From contig CAVTBU010000005.1 in the NCBI GenBank assembly GCA_963733035.1, positions 800,001 to 864,000 of the forward strand: 64,000 nucleotides of DNA, read 5' to 3'. This document shows positions 46,437 to 58,530 of the stretch, one piece after another (position 1 is the stretch's first letter; every line of letters starts with the position of its first letter). The DNA is from Pirellulales bacterium. GTDB lineage: Bacteria > Planctomycetota > Planctomycetia > Pirellulales > PALSA-1355. A model generated the notes under the pieces. That model did no database searches. It was not told the DNA's origin and saw only the letters and a program-made list of their open reading frames with translations. The position numbers and the translations under genes were made by a program.

Positions 46437-47297
46437 ATGTCGACAATTCCCTCGCAACCCAACGTTTCGGTCCCCGCAACGCGACGCCCCAAGCGGGGCG
46501 TCCCTGAGGGACTTTGGCAGCGATGTCCCGGCTGCCAGCAAACCATATTCCGTAAGCAGGCCGAGCGTGCCCTAGGAGTCTGCCCCGAGTGTGACTATCA
46601 CTGGTACGTCTCGGCCCGTGATCGCATCAGACAGGTCCTCGACGAAGGGACTTTCGAGGAGTGGGACGCCCACCTCGAACCAAGCGATCCGCTGAGCTTT
46701 GTCGATAAGACACCTTACGCCGAGAAGCTCAAGAAGGAACAAGCCCGCACCGGTCTGAAGGAGGCCGCCGTGGTCGGAACGGGCATGATCCGCGCCCGTC
46801 GCGTGGCGTTTGGCGTGACCGACTCGGCATTCATCATGGGGAGCATGGGAGCGGTCGTCGGCGAAAAACTCACCCGGCTCGTGGAGCGTGCCACGGCCGA
46901 GCGATTGCCGCTGATCATCATTAGCGCGTCAGGCGGCGGCGCCCGCATGCACGAAGGCATTCTCTCGCTGATGCAGATGGCCAAAATTTCGGCCGCCCTG
47001 GCACGCTACGATCAGGCCGGAGGTTTGTTTATTTCGGTGCTCACCAATCCGACAATGGGTGGCGTCGCCGCCAGCTTTGCTTCTCTGGGCGACATTATAT
47101 TTGCCGAACCAAAGGCCCTGATCGGTTTTGCCGGACCGCGCACGATTCAGGCCACGATTCGCATTGAATTGCCCAAGGGGTTTCAAACGAGTGAATTCCT
47201 GCTCGAGCACGGCTATATCGACCGCATCGTGCGACGTTGCGATTTGAAGACCGAGATCGCTCGAACGATCGACTACTGCGGCAAGATGCCGCGTTAG
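46437..47297 (+). CDS. accD: Acetyl-CoA carboxylase carboxyltransferase beta subunit
   Basis: PEGLW.RCPGC...[40 protein letters not shown]. Confidence 0.95.
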   Translation: MSTIPSQPNVSVPATRRPKRGVPEGLWQRCPGCQQTIFRKQAERALGVCPECDYHWYVSARDRIRQVLDEGTFEEWDAHLEPSDPLSFVDKTPYAEKLKKEQARTGLKEAAVVGTGMIRARRVAFGVTDSAFIMGSMGAVVGEKLTRLVERATAERLPLIIISASGGGARMHEGILSLMQMAKISAALARYDQAGGLFISVLTNPTMGGVAASFASLGDIIFAEPKALIGFAGPRTIQATIRIELPKGFQTSEFLLEHGYIDRIVRRCDLKTEIARTIDYCGKMPR

Positions 47298-47445
47298 GGC
47301 CTGCGTGGCAGGGGTTCGCGTTCTTGCTTGGCAAAGCGGGGAACTTGCCTGCTCGTGCGCCGGGGCCTAAAGTAGCGCTAGGCCGTCGTGGACCGGTTCA
47401 AACGGGCGTTCGCCCTGCCGCGATGGTCGGTGGAGAGGCACCTCA

Positions 47446-48309
47446 ATGGGTCTGCTGGACAAGCTGTTCAAGGGCTCGAAGACCAACCTCAAGTCGCGGT
47501 TTGAGCTGCTGCGCGAGGCGATCTCCGGCACGATGTCCACGTTTCACATGGCCCGCGACCGCAACACCAAGGAGGTCGTGGGACTCAAGATTCTCGATCG
47601 CGAGAAAACCGCGCATTTGGAATCGAGGTTCGTCGGCATTGATAAGCCGAAGGAGGGCGAGATTGCTGTTTCGATCTCGCACGAGTACATCGTCCGCACG
47701 ATGGAGCATGGCATCTCCACGGATAATGAACAGTTCTTGGTAATGGAGTTTCTGGACGGTCCAGGCCTCAATTCGCTCATCGTCGGCCGGAGCGAAAAGC
47801 TGGAAGGTCGACGGGTTGAGCTCTTGCGCCAGGCTGCCGAAGCAATCGGGGCCGTGCATCGGGCGGGTTTTATTCACCGGGACATCTGCCCTAGAAACTT
47901 TGTCGCCGAGAAGGATTGCCAGTCGCTCAAACTAATTGATTTCGGCCTCACTGTACCGAATGCGCCTCCCTTCACGCTGCCGGGCAACCGCACGGGCACG
48001 GCCAACTACATGGCACCCGAAGTGGTTCGACGTCGGCCAACGAGCACGCGGCTCGATATATTCTCGTTCGGCGTCACGGCGTTCGAATTGTGTGCATTCG
48101 AGTTGCCGTGGCCGCGCGGAACCGGTGTGGCCGCGATGACCCACGGCGCAATCGAACCGGCCGACATCCGAAAGTTCTGCCCCAAGATTGATCCCCGACT
48201 CGAAAAGGCGATCTACGCCTGCCTGCAATCGGAACCGGACAAGCGCCCTGGATCGATGGAGGACTTCTTGAGAATGATCAAGAACGTAAAGCACGAATTT
48301 ACCGCTTGA
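47446..48309 (+). CDS. Cytoplasmic Hanks-type Ser/Thr protein kinase
   Basis: VGLK, HRDICPRN, DFG, GTANYMAPE, DIFSFG. Confidence 0.85.
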   Translation: MGLLDKLFKGSKTNLKSRFELLREAISGTMSTFHMARDRNTKEVVGLKILDREKTAHLESRFVGIDKPKEGEIAVSISHEYIVRTMEHGISTDNEQFLVMEFLDGPGLNSLIVGRSEKLEGRRVELLRQAAEAIGAVHRAGFIHRDICPRNFVAEKDCQSLKLIDFGLTVPNAPPFTLPGNRTGTANYMAPEVVRRRPTSTRLDIFSFGVTAFELCAFELPWPRGTGVAAMTHGAIEPADIRKFCPKIDPRLEKAIYACLQSEPDKRPGSMEDFLRMIKNVKHEFTA

Positions 48310-48405
48310 AAGGGCTCGTCCGCAGTCAATCTTGCTTCCGCGAAGTCGCCCGTAAGCTAGATTTAAGGAGCCCAGTTTTCTAGCGTATGGTTCATCGGTG
48401 CGACC

Positions 48406-48999
48406 ATGATTCATCGACTTTTCTTGCTGACCGCGGCCGTCTCCCTGGCGTTATTGACAGGCTGCTCGGAAACACCCGAGGCGCAGGCACTTGCCGCGAT
48501 TGCAAGCGTGGGGGGGCAAGTCCGCTCCGACAACCAAGGACGCATCCTCTCGGTCGATTTAAGCGAAACACCCGCTCAAGACAACGTATTGGCGGCCATC
48601 GCCGTGTTGCCGCACGTGCAAACCATTAATTGCACCAACGCCCATCACATCACCGGCAGCGGATTGGCCGCCTTGAGTGGACTGACAGACTTGCAGACGC
48701 TCTATCTGGTAGGTACCGAACTCGACGACGTTGGATTGTCGCACATTGGCAACCTGACCTCGCTGAAGACGCTGCAAATTGGACATACCAAGATCACGGA
48801 TGCAGGCATGCCCGCGCTGGATCACCTGGAGAACCTGCAAACGCTGTCGTTGGGCAACACCGCCGTGACCGACCAGGGACTCGTCCAATTGCGCGACCTG
48901 CGTCACCTTTCCACGCTGATCCTGCGCGACACCAAGACGACCCGCCGCGGTGTTCAGGAACTTCGCCGCATGTTGCCCGAAGTACGCGTGGTTAATTAG
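48406..48999 (+). CDS. Leucine-rich repeat lipoprotein
   Basis: Lipobox LTGC; 24-aa repeats L..L.L..T.ITDAG. Confidence 0.8.
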   Translation: MIHRLFLLTAAVSLALLTGCSETPEAQALAAIASVGGQVRSDNQGRILSVDLSETPAQDNVLAAIAVLPHVQTINCTNAHHITGSGLAALSGLTDLQTLYLVGTELDDVGLSHIGNLTSLKTLQIGHTKITDAGMPALDHLENLQTLSLGNTAVTDQGLVQLRDLRHLSTLILRDTKTTRRGVQELRRMLPEVRVVN

Positions 49000-49055
49000 C
49001 AGCGCGGCTTTTCGTGCGTGCTGATTCTTGGCGGCGATGCCACGGCGCAATTACA

Positions 49056-50039
49056 ATGCCTTACCAGCGGCGGGGCATTGTGTTCCGACAGGACAATGAT
49101 GTGGCACGGGCTCATTCCGCCAGACGCGGCTTCACGATCGTGGAGCTACTGGTGGTGATCGCAATCATCGGTCTGCTGACAGGATTGCTGGTGCCAGCGG
49201 TTCAAGCGGCGCGCGAGAGCGCCAGGCGTACTTCGTGCCTCAACAACTTGAAACAGATCGGGCTCGCGTTGCACCACTACAGTGACGCGCACGGCCGGTT
49301 GCCTCCCTCCAGTACCTCGGCCGTCGATTTCGGCGTCTGGAATTATGCCTCGGATCCAGCCGTTCACCTGCACAGTTGGCGAAGCTTGATTCTGCCGTAC
49401 GCGGAAGGGGAAAATCTGGCCCGATCGATCGACTACGAGCGTTCATCACTGGCAACAGAAAATCGACCGGCGGCCGCGACCGTCGTGCCATTTTATCGCT
49501 GTGCCTCGTTCAGTGGACGCGACTACTCGGACGAACCGAAGTATACGGCCTTGTCGGCGAACTTCGCGATCGCCAATTACGTGGCCCTGGGAGCCACGAC
49601 CGTAGGCAAACTCTGGGAACCGTCGGCAAGCGGGGGCCGCCGCCCGGACGGCACAATCTATCCGCTGTCGGAGACCCGTCTGAAGGACGTCACCGACGGC
49701 CTGTCACACACGGTCATTGTTGCCGAAACGCGGGAACAAAACGCGGCGGTATGGATCGACGGCACCGCGGCGTCCGCCGTGGCCCACCGCTTCGACATCA
49801 GCCAGGTGCCGGAGTATGCCGGGCCGGAGCTCTCGCTCAACTATTCCCCCTACTACGAGTACGGCGATTCGAATGACTCGATCAATAGCCTCTATGGCCC
49901 GTCAGGCATGCACGCGAACGTTGTCCTGCACCTGTGGGGCGATGGCTCGGCCGGGCCGGTCGAAGTCCAAATCGCCCCCGAGCTGTACGATGCTTTGATT
50001 ACTCGGGCTGGCGACGAAGTTGGCTCGCCGCGACCTTGA
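49056..50039 (+). CDS. DUF1559 prepilin-type protein (start uncertain)
   Basis: RGFTIVELLVVIAIIG...PAVQAARESARR.SC.NNLKQIGLA, DVTDGLS.T, H....HLWGDGS. Confidence 0.9.
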   Translation: MPYQRRGIVFRQDNDVARAHSARRGFTIVELLVVIAIIGLLTGLLVPAVQAARESARRTSCLNNLKQIGLALHHYSDAHGRLPPSSTSAVDFGVWNYASDPAVHLHSWRSLILPYAEGENLARSIDYERSSLATENRPAAATVVPFYRCASFSGRDYSDEPKYTALSANFAIANYVALGATTVGKLWEPSASGGRRPDGTIYPLSETRLKDVTDGLSHTVIVAETREQNAAVWIDGTAASAVAHRFDISQVPEYAGPELSLNYSPYYEYGDSNDSINSLYGPSGMHANVVLHLWGDGSAGPVEVQIAPELYDALITRAGDEVGSPRP

Positions 50040-50281
50040 TCGAACCGCGTTGCCGGCTTTCCTGCAACGATTCCGCGCTTGCTGGCCGCCCGTTTCAGGC
50101 ATATACTGAGCGGTTTCCAACCGCTGCACAACGTGGGTAAAATGCCAGTGCAGTGCGTCGGCGGGACAGAAACCCGCCAGTGTGGCTACGGCTCCCGAAT
50201 GCCGGCCCGCAAATCACCGAACACGGCGCGTCAGCCACGACGATCTGGCGAGCCAAACCGACTGAACAAGGAATTCTCACC

Positions 50282-50512
50282 ATGACGATGGATAAGAGCC
50301 TGCGGGTTCGCCGCGGATTGCTCCGTAGCCGTAGCGTGCTCACCCGGGCCGAACGGCTCAGCCGATTGCAAGAAGCGGAGCGTTGGAACGAAGGCGATAG
50401 CCCGTTGGGCCTGCCCAAGGTGCGCGTCTTCAAGCTTTCGATGAAGAAGAAGAAGAAGAAGAAGGAAGAGGAAACCGGCGAAGGCGCCGCGGCAGAAACC
50501 AAGAAGAAGTAG
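50282..50512 (+). CDS. PVC-superphylum small basic protein (TIGR04137-type)
   Basis: MTMDKSL...[10 protein letters not shown]...[10 protein letters not shown] and a poly-Lys tail, (AAG)7 at 50444-50464. Confidence 0.85.
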   Translation: MTMDKSLRVRRGLLRSRSVLTRAERLSRLQEAERWNEGDSPLGLPKVRVFKLSMKKKKKKKEEETGEGAAAETKKK

Positions 50513-50607
50513 GCCAATCGGCGACTTGGTGCCGGAGTCACGGCGCAACCTCGTGCTGCGAAGTGCCAATCCGTGTTCAGGTTGCCCTTCAACGAGAAAC
50601 GTCGGCC

Positions 50608-51880
50608 ATGCGCGTTCGACTGGAATACGCTCGCACCGGCCTCGAGGTCGAACTGCCCGACAAGCACGTGGTACGCACGCTGGCGTATAAGGACGCCGCG
50701 CCGCTCGTGGATCCCGCTGCTGCCTTGAAGGCAGTGCTCGCGCAACCGACTGGCACACCTCCACTGGCGACGTTGGCTCGCGACCGTCACGACGCCTGCA
50801 TCGCCATCTGCGATATCACGCGGCCCGTGCCCAACAAGTTGATGCTGCGGCCGATCCTGGCCACGCTCGAGCAGGCGGGTATTCCGCGCGACAAGATCAC
50901 GATCCTGATCGCCACGGGCTTGCATCGCGAAAGCAGGCCGAATGAACTCGTCGAAATGGTCGGCGAAGAAATCGCGGCCAAGTATGCAATCTTTGATCAT
51001 CATGGCCAGCAGATCGAAGAGCACACCTATCTCGGCGAAAGTCCGCGAGGGGTACCGGTGTGGATCGATTCGCGATACGTTCACGCGGACCTCAAGATCA
51101 CCATCGGACTAATCGAGCCACACCTGATGGCGGGCTTTTCGGGGGGTCGAAAACTCGTGTGTCCGGGCCTGGCCGCGTTGCAAACGGTGAAAGTTTGGCA
51201 TGGGCCGGACTTCATCGAACACCCGAATGCCGACTGCGGCATACTCGAGGGCAACCCAGTTCACGAAGAAAACACCTGGATCGCGCGTTGCGCCGGCTGC
51301 GATTTTATTGCCAACGTCGTCATCGATGCCGAGCGTCGACCCCTCAAGTTCGTGGCCGGCGACATGGAACAGGCGTTTCTGGAAGGCGTCGAATTCGTCC
51401 GCGGCGTGGTGATCGACACGGTTGATGAGCCGGTCGACATCGTCGTCACTAGCTCGGCCGGTTATCCGCTCGACACGACCTTCTATCAATCGGTCAAAGG
51501 CATGACCGGCGCTGCCCATCGTAAAGCAAGGGGGCACGATCATTGTGGCTGCCGGCCTCACCGAAGGGATCGGCAGTCCGGAGTTTGAGCGGCTCTTCGA
51601 CGAACATCCCAATCTCGACGTGTTCGTCGAGCGCGTGCTGGGAAGGAACTACTTCGTGCTCGACCAGTGGCAACTGGAAGAATTGGCCAAAGTACGCCGC
51701 AAGGCAAAAGTGAAAATGGTGAGCGACGGCTTGCCGGCCGCAACCATCGACAGGCTATTCGTCGAGAGTGCATCGAGCGTCGAAACGGCCGTGGCCGACT
51801 CGCTAGCCGAATATGGCCCGGATGCCACGATCGCTGTGATTCCGAAGGGTCCGTATGTTCTGCCGAGGGTGGAAGCCTAA
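50608..51880 (+). CDS. larA: Nickel-pincer lactate racemase-family protein; frameshift near 51511
   Basis: [52 protein letters not shown]. Confidence 0.85.
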
Positions 51881-53130
51881 GTTCCAGTCGGCCGCGGCTG
51901 GGCTTTCGCCCATTCTTCCGGGGAGACCGAGCGTTTTTCGTGCAGCAGTACGTTCGCCCCTTTCATACCGCCCACGACAATGTCTGGAAGTCCGTCGCCG
52001 TTGACGTCGGAAACCGTTACCTGGCGTCCAATCCCGGTTTCTTCCGCAGCCATATGCGGAACCCAGTCGACGCCGTCTTTGTGCCGCACGAGTTTGAACC
52101 AATACACAACGGCGCCGGCATCCCACATCGGACTCTGGGTGTGATGTGACCAGTACGTTTTGCCGGTAACGATATCCTTCAACCCGTCGCCGTCCATGTC
52201 GACCAGGTTCACAGAATGCAGTTCGCTAAATACCAACCCGTAGCGATTCTGCGCCGGCTTGCTCCCCATGATCAAGTGCTGCCGAAACGCGATCTTTGCG
52301 CCATCGCGTCGCTGCTCATGCCAGGCAAGTCCAAAGTCATGTGCCGCCAGGCTCGTGATGACGTCGTTATCCCCATCGCCATCGACGTCGTAGACGTACA
52401 TTTCGGCCCCACCCGGACCAGCGAAATTCACTTTGTGGAACTTCCATTGTTCCGCGCTACCGAGAGACTCGGGCTGCTCGAACCAACCGTCCTTGGTGAC
52501 GATGTCGCTGCGTCCATCCCCGTTGACGTCACCGGCACCCAGGCCATGGCCGAAGGGGCGCGGCGCGTTTCGCTCGGAGATGATGTGAAACGTCCAGGCG
52601 GCAAGTGGCTTGTCCCAGTCGATCGTGGCGTAGCCAAAATAGCCGTTGTGCGTGCAGAGGAACTCGGGCCGCTCATCTCCCACTAGATCGATCAATTGCG
52701 GAGATTCGTTGCACACTGAATCGATCACCTTGTGACGTGGCCACGGTTTGTCGAACCCATCGGGTCCTGGGTTCTCGTAGACATAGGCAGGCGTCCCAGG
52801 GAAACCAGCCGTGAGTACGTCGTTGCGTCGGTCACCGTTAAAGTCGTACAGCCAGCAGAAGAAATGATCCGCGTAGGCTTCACGCGGCTGTGCCTTCGGG
52901 GGATAGATCTTGAAACGTTGGGTGAAATCAGGCCCTTTGAACCAGTAGGGGCCGTACACGGCGTCGACCGTGCCATCGCCGTCAATGTCGCCGACGTTGG
53001 CTCCCTCGGAGTAATAGACGTCCGTAAGCGGCACGACTTCGAAATGGTGGACGAAGTGTTCCTCAGCCGTGACGGCGGGCACCATGAATGGCATGACGAA
53101 CGCACACCACAATAGGCGACGACGAAACAT
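51877..53130 (-). CDS. Secreted FG-GAP/VCBS repeat protein
   Basis: Signal peptide; repeated GD(I/V)(D/N)GDG..D motifs. Confidence 0.82.
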   Translation of the reverse strand: MFRRRLLWCAFVMPFMVPAVTAEEHFVHHFEVVPLTDVYYSEGANVGDIDGDGTVDAVYGPYWFKGPDFTQRFKIYPPKAQPREAYADHFFCWLYDFNGDRRNDVLTAGFPGTPAYVYENPGPDGFDKPWPRHKVIDSVCNESPQLIDLVGDERPEFLCTHNGYFGYATIDWDKPLAAWTFHIISERNAPRPFGHGLGAGDVNGDGRSDIVTKDGWFEQPESLGSAEQWKFHKVNFAGPGGAEMYVYDVDGDGDNDVITSLAAHDFGLAWHEQRRDGAKIAFRQHLIMGSKPAQNRYGLVFSELHSVNLVDMDGDGLKDIVTGKTYWSHHTQSPMWDAGAVVYWFKLVRHKDGVDWVPHMAAEETGIGRQVTVSDVNGDGLPDIVVGGMKGANVLLHEKRSVSPEEWAKAQPRPTGT

Positions 53131-53372
53131 GGGTCTCTCCTCGGGCGATTCAACTTGAGCAAACACTTTCCCGCCAGAGGCGAGCGTGCCCTGAATGCGC
53201 CTCACTCTGTCACAGGCATTGCCCGCTGTCAAAGGGATGGCGAAAAACCGGCAGCCGGCCGCAGTCTGGCTTGACTGAGCCCAGCCGTAACGTAGCGTTG
53301 CCTGGAGCGGTGCGCCTGCGGAATTGCCCAGGCGCCCGTGGTATCTCTCCCCTCAAATTCTGCCCGATCGCG

Positions 53373-54368
53373 ATGTCGACTCTGCTCCGCCAAATTGCCC
53401 TGGGTGTGGCGGCCGGTCTACTATGTGGTGTCCCAGCATGGGCCGCCGAAAGTCCGAGCCAGCGGTACCAGCGACTTGCCGTGTCGTATGAACAAGCCGA
53501 TGCAGCCGGCAAGCAGCGGTGGTTGGTTGACCTACTTCTCCACCGATCCGATCGCGCTTGTCGCGTCTACCTGGTCGCGGACGATCTGCAGCGGATTCGC
53601 GCCCGGCATCGCGCGATCCTGTTGCGTGCGGCCGCAGGTAGCGAGCTCAGCGACAGTGGCGTGCAGCGTCTGCTTGCGGAAGTCGACACTGAAGAACAGC
53701 ATGCCATTGACAGACTGCAGCGTGACTATGAATTCGCAACCGCCCAAGCATTTCACGACAACCGAGACCAGTTCGAAAGGTGGCACAATGCGTGGCACGC
53801 AATTGAAAGCAAGTGGCTCGCTGCCGGCCAACCGTTTTCGTGGCAGCCAAAGATAATCGCCTGGCTCCAGCAGGCAGGCGAACGTCAGGCACGGCTTGAA
53901 CCGCCAGTTCCGAGCAAGTCCACAGCGGAGCGAGCTGTTCCTCGGCCAGTGAGCCCCACCATCCGTGTCATCCCGCCACCGCTGAGAGCCAGCATCCGGC
54001 ACGACGAACTCGAAGCCAGGATCGCAGGCTATAATCTTGCCCTTTCGCGACTGATTTCCGACCTGCATATGCAGCACACGTGGACGGCTGAGGAACTTGG
54101 CCATGCTGCCAACGAGCTGGCCGAATTGGCCACCGTGCGGCACGACCTGACGCTCTATTGGGAACTACTGCCGCTTGACCATCGTGCTCGCATGCCATCG
54201 CTCGAAGCACTCGAAAGCGCAGTTTCACTGCTTGCAGCGCGCACGGCCCAACGGCGGCGCAAGTTGGAGGTCTCGGCTGCGTCGGCAAATAGTGATACAG
54301 CCAAGGAACTGCGTTGCTTGGACGAAGTTTCTCGCCGGCTGGCGACGCTAGCAGCTACCCGTTCTTGA
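53373..54368 (+). CDS. Hypothetical secreted helical protein
   Basis: Signal peptide ending AWA; long ORF filling the gap; RIAGYNL motif. Confidence 0.6.
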   Translation: MSTLLRQIALGVAAGLLCGVPAWAAESPSQRYQRLAVSYEQADAAGKQRWLVDLLLHRSDRACRVYLVADDLQRIRARHRAILLRAAAGSELSDSGVQRLLAEVDTEEQHAIDRLQRDYEFATAQAFHDNRDQFERWHNAWHAIESKWLAAGQPFSWQPKIIAWLQQAGERQARLEPPVPSKSTAERAVPRPVSPTIRVIPPPLRASIRHDELEARIAGYNLALSRLISDLHMQHTWTAEELGHAANELAELATVRHDLTLYWELLPLDHRARMPSLEALESAVSLLAARTAQRRRKLEVSAASANSDTAKELRCLDEVSRRLATLAATRS

Positions 54369-54594
54369 GCCAGTCGCGGCTCGGCCGAGGCACTTTGGGC
54401 GCTTGCCCACGAAGTGATCTTTTCCGCCAGGTCAAACTTTGCTACTTAAGCCGCCCGCCTGACCAAGCGGACATCGGTTCGCGCTGGTCTGGGGCAAAAT
54501 CGACCACGTCTAGGCCATATGTGTCCAAAGGCTCGTTCGCGCCAGTTTGCGGCTCGAACGGGCAACCCTTCACCTCGTTTGCGGACGCACGAAT

Positions 54595-56818
54595 ATGAAA
54601 CGTACCGTTTTCGGCGTATTGGTCATGAGCTCTCTGGTGGGAGTGGGCTCGGTGGGCGTGTATTACGCCCAGGGCAAACTTGCACCCAAAGCAAATTCAA
54701 CGACTGAAACCGATACACCAGACGATGCATCTGCCCGCGTGCCAAAGCCCATTCCGGTCACGCGAAAAGCCACGGCTACGTCGGCACCGCGCGCCATCGA
54801 CCCGTATGCGAACGAGGCCACCCAAGTTGTTGCCAGTGGCGATCGCTACCAGCCGGCCGACTATGCACAGTCTCCAGTCCGATCTGCGGCTGCCCGCATA
54901 CCGGCCGACGATACTCCGGATGTCGACCAGCTAGCCGACGACCGCTACGCCCCGTACGACGCGACGCCGGCGGCGGCCGCTGAGCCCGCGGTGAGCGACA
55001 TACCCGATGCCGATCAGGTCGCCGCCGTGCCCAGCCCAAGCCCATTCGCCGGACGGGAGCCGGGTTCCGCAATTCCAGCCAACAGCAATCCGCGCTATGC
55101 CGATTCGCCGGCAACAGCCGACTACGCCGACGAGCCGGCGGCGGAACCTGCGTATGCGGCGCCGGCCGATTCCTATTCAACCGCGCCCCGTCACCTGACC
55201 GGCGACGAAGCCGCTCCGGGCGAAGCCGGCAATCCATTGCGCACCGACTTTGACTCGCCGACGCCCCATGCAACGCAGACCCCCAGCGACCGATATGGCG
55301 ACGAGGCGTTCCCAGCCGAGCAGGGAGCGCCGCAGCCATACGATAACTTTGCCGCCGAAGCGGCCGCCGTGCCGTTGGCCGGCTCCGCACCACCCGAGAC
55401 GGAACCGGTCAGCGAAGGAACCGGACGTCCCGGCGACCCGCAGCTGAACGGCACACAAGCCCCCGCTCTGACGATCGAAAAAACGGCTCCGCCGGAAATC
55501 CAGATTGGCAAGCCCGCCAAGTTCACGATTAAAGTCAGAAACGCCGGCACGGTAACGGCTCACGGTGTGGAAATTCACGACTCGATCCCACAGGGAACAC
55601 AACTGATCGATTCGTCTCCGCCAGCCAATCGCGGCCCCCAAGGCGAGCTACTGTGGGAGTTGGGCGCACTCAAGCCGGGCGAAGAGCAGACGGTTGAGTT
55701 GCAACTAATGCCGACGCACGAGGGCGAGATCGGCAGCGTCGCCACGGTTCATTTCCACGCCGAAGCGTCGGTTCGCACGCTGGCGACGAAGCCCATGCTT
55801 GCGATTGAGGTCCTCGGTCCGTCGAAGGTCAACAAGGGAGAGCAGTTCAGTCTCCGCATTAAGCTCTCAAACCCCGGCACCGGTGCCGCCAACGGCATCA
55901 TGATCACCGAAAGCGTACCGCAAGGCTTGACGCATCCGGCCGGCCGCGAGCTGGAATTCGAACTCGGCACTCTGAAACCCGGCGAAACCCGTGAACTCGA
56001 CCTGTCGCTAACCGCCGCCCAAGCCGGGCAGGCAGTGAACCTACTGCGAGCCGAAGGAGAAGCCAGCTTGCAGGCAGAAGCGCAAACCGAGATTGAAGTC
56101 GTCGCTCCGCAATTGCAGGTAGGCGCTGAGTGGCCCGAAGCTCCGCTACCTGGAGCGCAACGCGACTCACAATATTTCCGTCTCAAACCCTGGGACGGCC
56201 TCGGCCAAGAACATCGACCTGGTGGCCGTCTTGCCGCGAAACCTGAAATTCGTCGAGGCCAACAACGGCGGACAGTTCGACGAGGCGACCCATGCGGTCT
56301 ACTGGAACCTCGAAGAACTGCCGCCGCAGGAAACAGGCACGGTCAAGCTCACCACGCTGCCGCTGGAAGCCGGCGATGCCAAGCTGCTCATTAAGAGCAA
56401 ATCGGCCGCCGGACTCACGGACGAGCGCGAGGAAGTGGTCTCGATCGAGGGCCTGGCCGCCATCAACTTCCAGCTATCGGATATCAAGGATCCGATTGAA
56501 GTCGGCGCTGAAACGGCCTACGAAGTGCGTGTCACGAACCAGGGAACCAAGGCCGCCAGCAACGTGCGGTTGGCAGTGCTTGCGCCGCGGGGCATGAAAC
56601 CCGTGTCGGCCGAAGGTCCGGTGCGCTATAAAATCGAGGGGCAGCGGGTCATTTTTGAACCGCTCCGGCAATTGGCCCCCAAGGCCGACACCGCCTTCAC
56701 GATTAAAGTGCAGGCAACAGAAGTTGGGGATCAGCGGGTGCAAGTACAGGTTGTCACGGACGAGATCCGCGATCCAATCAGCAAGGAAGAGAGCACGCGA
56801 GTCTACGGCGCGGAGTAA
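54595..56818 (+). CDS. DUF11-repeat protein (chlamydial OmcB-like) with Pro/Ala/Asp-rich N-region; frameshift near 56123
   Basis: LTIEKTAP...V.NAG, L.WELG.L.PGE, DPIEVG.E..YEVRVTNQG, ends EESTRVY. Confidence 0.78.
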
Positions 56819-56845
56819 TTCTTCGTCATTACGACGGTTGACGGC

Positions 56846-58474
56846 TCACTTCTTCTCCGTCGTCTTGTCCGGTCCAAAGCGGATATGCTTGCCTGCATGA
56901 CCGGCGAACGTGTCGCCCCACAGCCCGCGAATCAGTCCATAGTCTCCGGCCACCACCAGCACCGCACCTACGGCCACGGCCACGGCGGCGTTGCGCACGA
57001 GCAGTCGCAACGGCGGCACGGAGTCGACCCCGGCCGTGCGGTTGAAGCTGGGCAGTAGGATCGCAAATAGCGTACAGACGCAGGCGTTGAGGTGGATGGT
57101 ACCTTCGGTCACGAGTCGCTGCTCGGCGAAAGGAACCGTACGCGACAGGTTCCCCAGCACGATCCACCACAGAAACACAATGAAAAACAGTTGCCCTTTG
57201 CCAAGCCGCGTGGCGGGTAGGACTGGCAGTTCGCGGCCACGGTAGTGAACGAACAACGGCAGAGCAATCGTCACGGCCAAAGCGGCATAAGCAAGGTAGA
57301 ACCAGGTGTAGCTCGAATAACCCCACATCGTATCCGCCAGCGTACGCGGATCCTTGAGCCACACGGCTTCCAGGTTTTTGACGATGTTCACGTAGCTGAT
57401 CGCCAGCAGCACGAAAAACACGCAGACCGGCTCGGCCCACCGCCGCACGGGCGGATCTTCGCTATGCCGCACCGCTCGGGTCGACCAGTATCCCAACGCC
57501 AATCCGACGCCAACACCCGCGATGAAGCCGAACGTTTGCTCAAGCACGCTGTGCCAGTTCGTGCTGATGTGTCGACCAAAGAACCTCTCCTGAAAGCCGG
57601 GATGCACAAGCACGAGTTTGATGGTCGTCGCGCCAGTGAACCCAAGACCGCCAAAAAAACCCACCACGAGCGTCGACCAAAGGACTTCCCACTCGCGGCT
57701 GCGGTAGAGGAACACGATCACGGCCGCGAGCATTCCCAAACCGCCGGACCAGTTGTCTCCGCGGGGCGGAGTCATCCGCAGACCCAGCCCGAGCGTGAGG
57801 ACGCTGAAGCCGAGCCACCATCCGGCGCACATCGCCAGCCCGAGCCGCGTGCCCCAACAAAACCGCCGTCGCACAAGCCCTAGCACCGACAGTGTCACGG
57901 CTGCCACCAGGACTCCCAACCAGTCGGTGTCGTGCCAATCCAGCCACGCCAACTGTTGCTCCATCTGTTCGGCAGTAATGCTTCCTTCTTTCACTTGCTG
58001 AGCAAGGCCCGATTCCGACACGCTGAGATAAATATCCTGTGCGAACCAGGCCGCAAACACGACCAGCGCCGGCACCAATAGTTCCGTCAATCGCGCTCGG
58101 CTCAAGAACGCCGGCAAGGATGTGCCAGTTCCGCCAAGCCCGCCCCAGATGAAACCGATCACGAACAGGCAGGCCAGGCCATAGGCCACGCTCGGGGCGT
58201 GGCCGGAATGTGTGTAGGCGATCACTTGCATGTAAGAAATCGAGCCACCGAATGACCAACCCACCGCGGCAAAGAAGGCGAAAAACGGAATTCGGCGGTA
58301 CCAGTCGTCGCGACCGCTGGCGAGCACCGCGGCCATGGCCGCCAGCGCCCCGGGAATCATCGCCCCGAATTCGTGTCCCCAGTTGCCGCGCACACCCCAG
58401 CCAATCGAAAGCGCCAAAGCCGCAAACAAAATCGCCAAGGGAGATCGCCCGGGCGCATGAGAATTGACCGACAT
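56846..58474 (-). CDS. Multi-pass membrane protein of unknown function
   Basis: SIGWGVRGNWGHEFGAM, GGSISY, NWHSVLEQ; more than 12 hydrophobic segments. Confidence 0.7.
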   Translation of the reverse strand: MSVNSHAPGRSPLAILFAALALSIGWGVRGNWGHEFGAMIPGALAAMAAVLASGRDDWYRRIPFFAFFAAVGWSFGGSISYMQVIAYTHSGHAPSVAYGLACLFVIGFIWGGLGGTGTSLPAFLSRARLTELLVPALVVFAAWFAQDIYLSVSESGLAQQVKEGSITAEQMEQQLAWLDWHDTDWLGVLVAAVTLSVLGLVRRRFCWGTRLGLAMCAGWWLGFSVLTLGLGLRMTPPRGDNWSGGLGMLAAVIVFLYRSREWEVLWSTLVVGFFGGLGFTGATTIKLVLVHPGFQERFFGRHISTNWHSVLEQTFGFIAGVGVGLALGYWSTRAVRHSEDPPVRRWAEPVCVFFVLLAISYVNIVKNLEAVWLKDPRTLADTMWGYSSYTWFYLAYAALAVTIALPLFVHYRGRELPVLPATRLGKGQLFFIVFLWWIVLGNLSRTVPFAEQRLVTEGTIHLNACVCTLFAILLPSFNRTAGVDSVPPLRLLVRNAAVAVAVGAVLVVAGDYGLIRGLWGDTFAGHAGKHIRFGPDKTTEKK

Positions 58475-58530
58475 GACGAGAGACTCTCCCACGATCATGA
58501 AATAGCGAGCGGGTGCGTTCTGGCCCGAGG

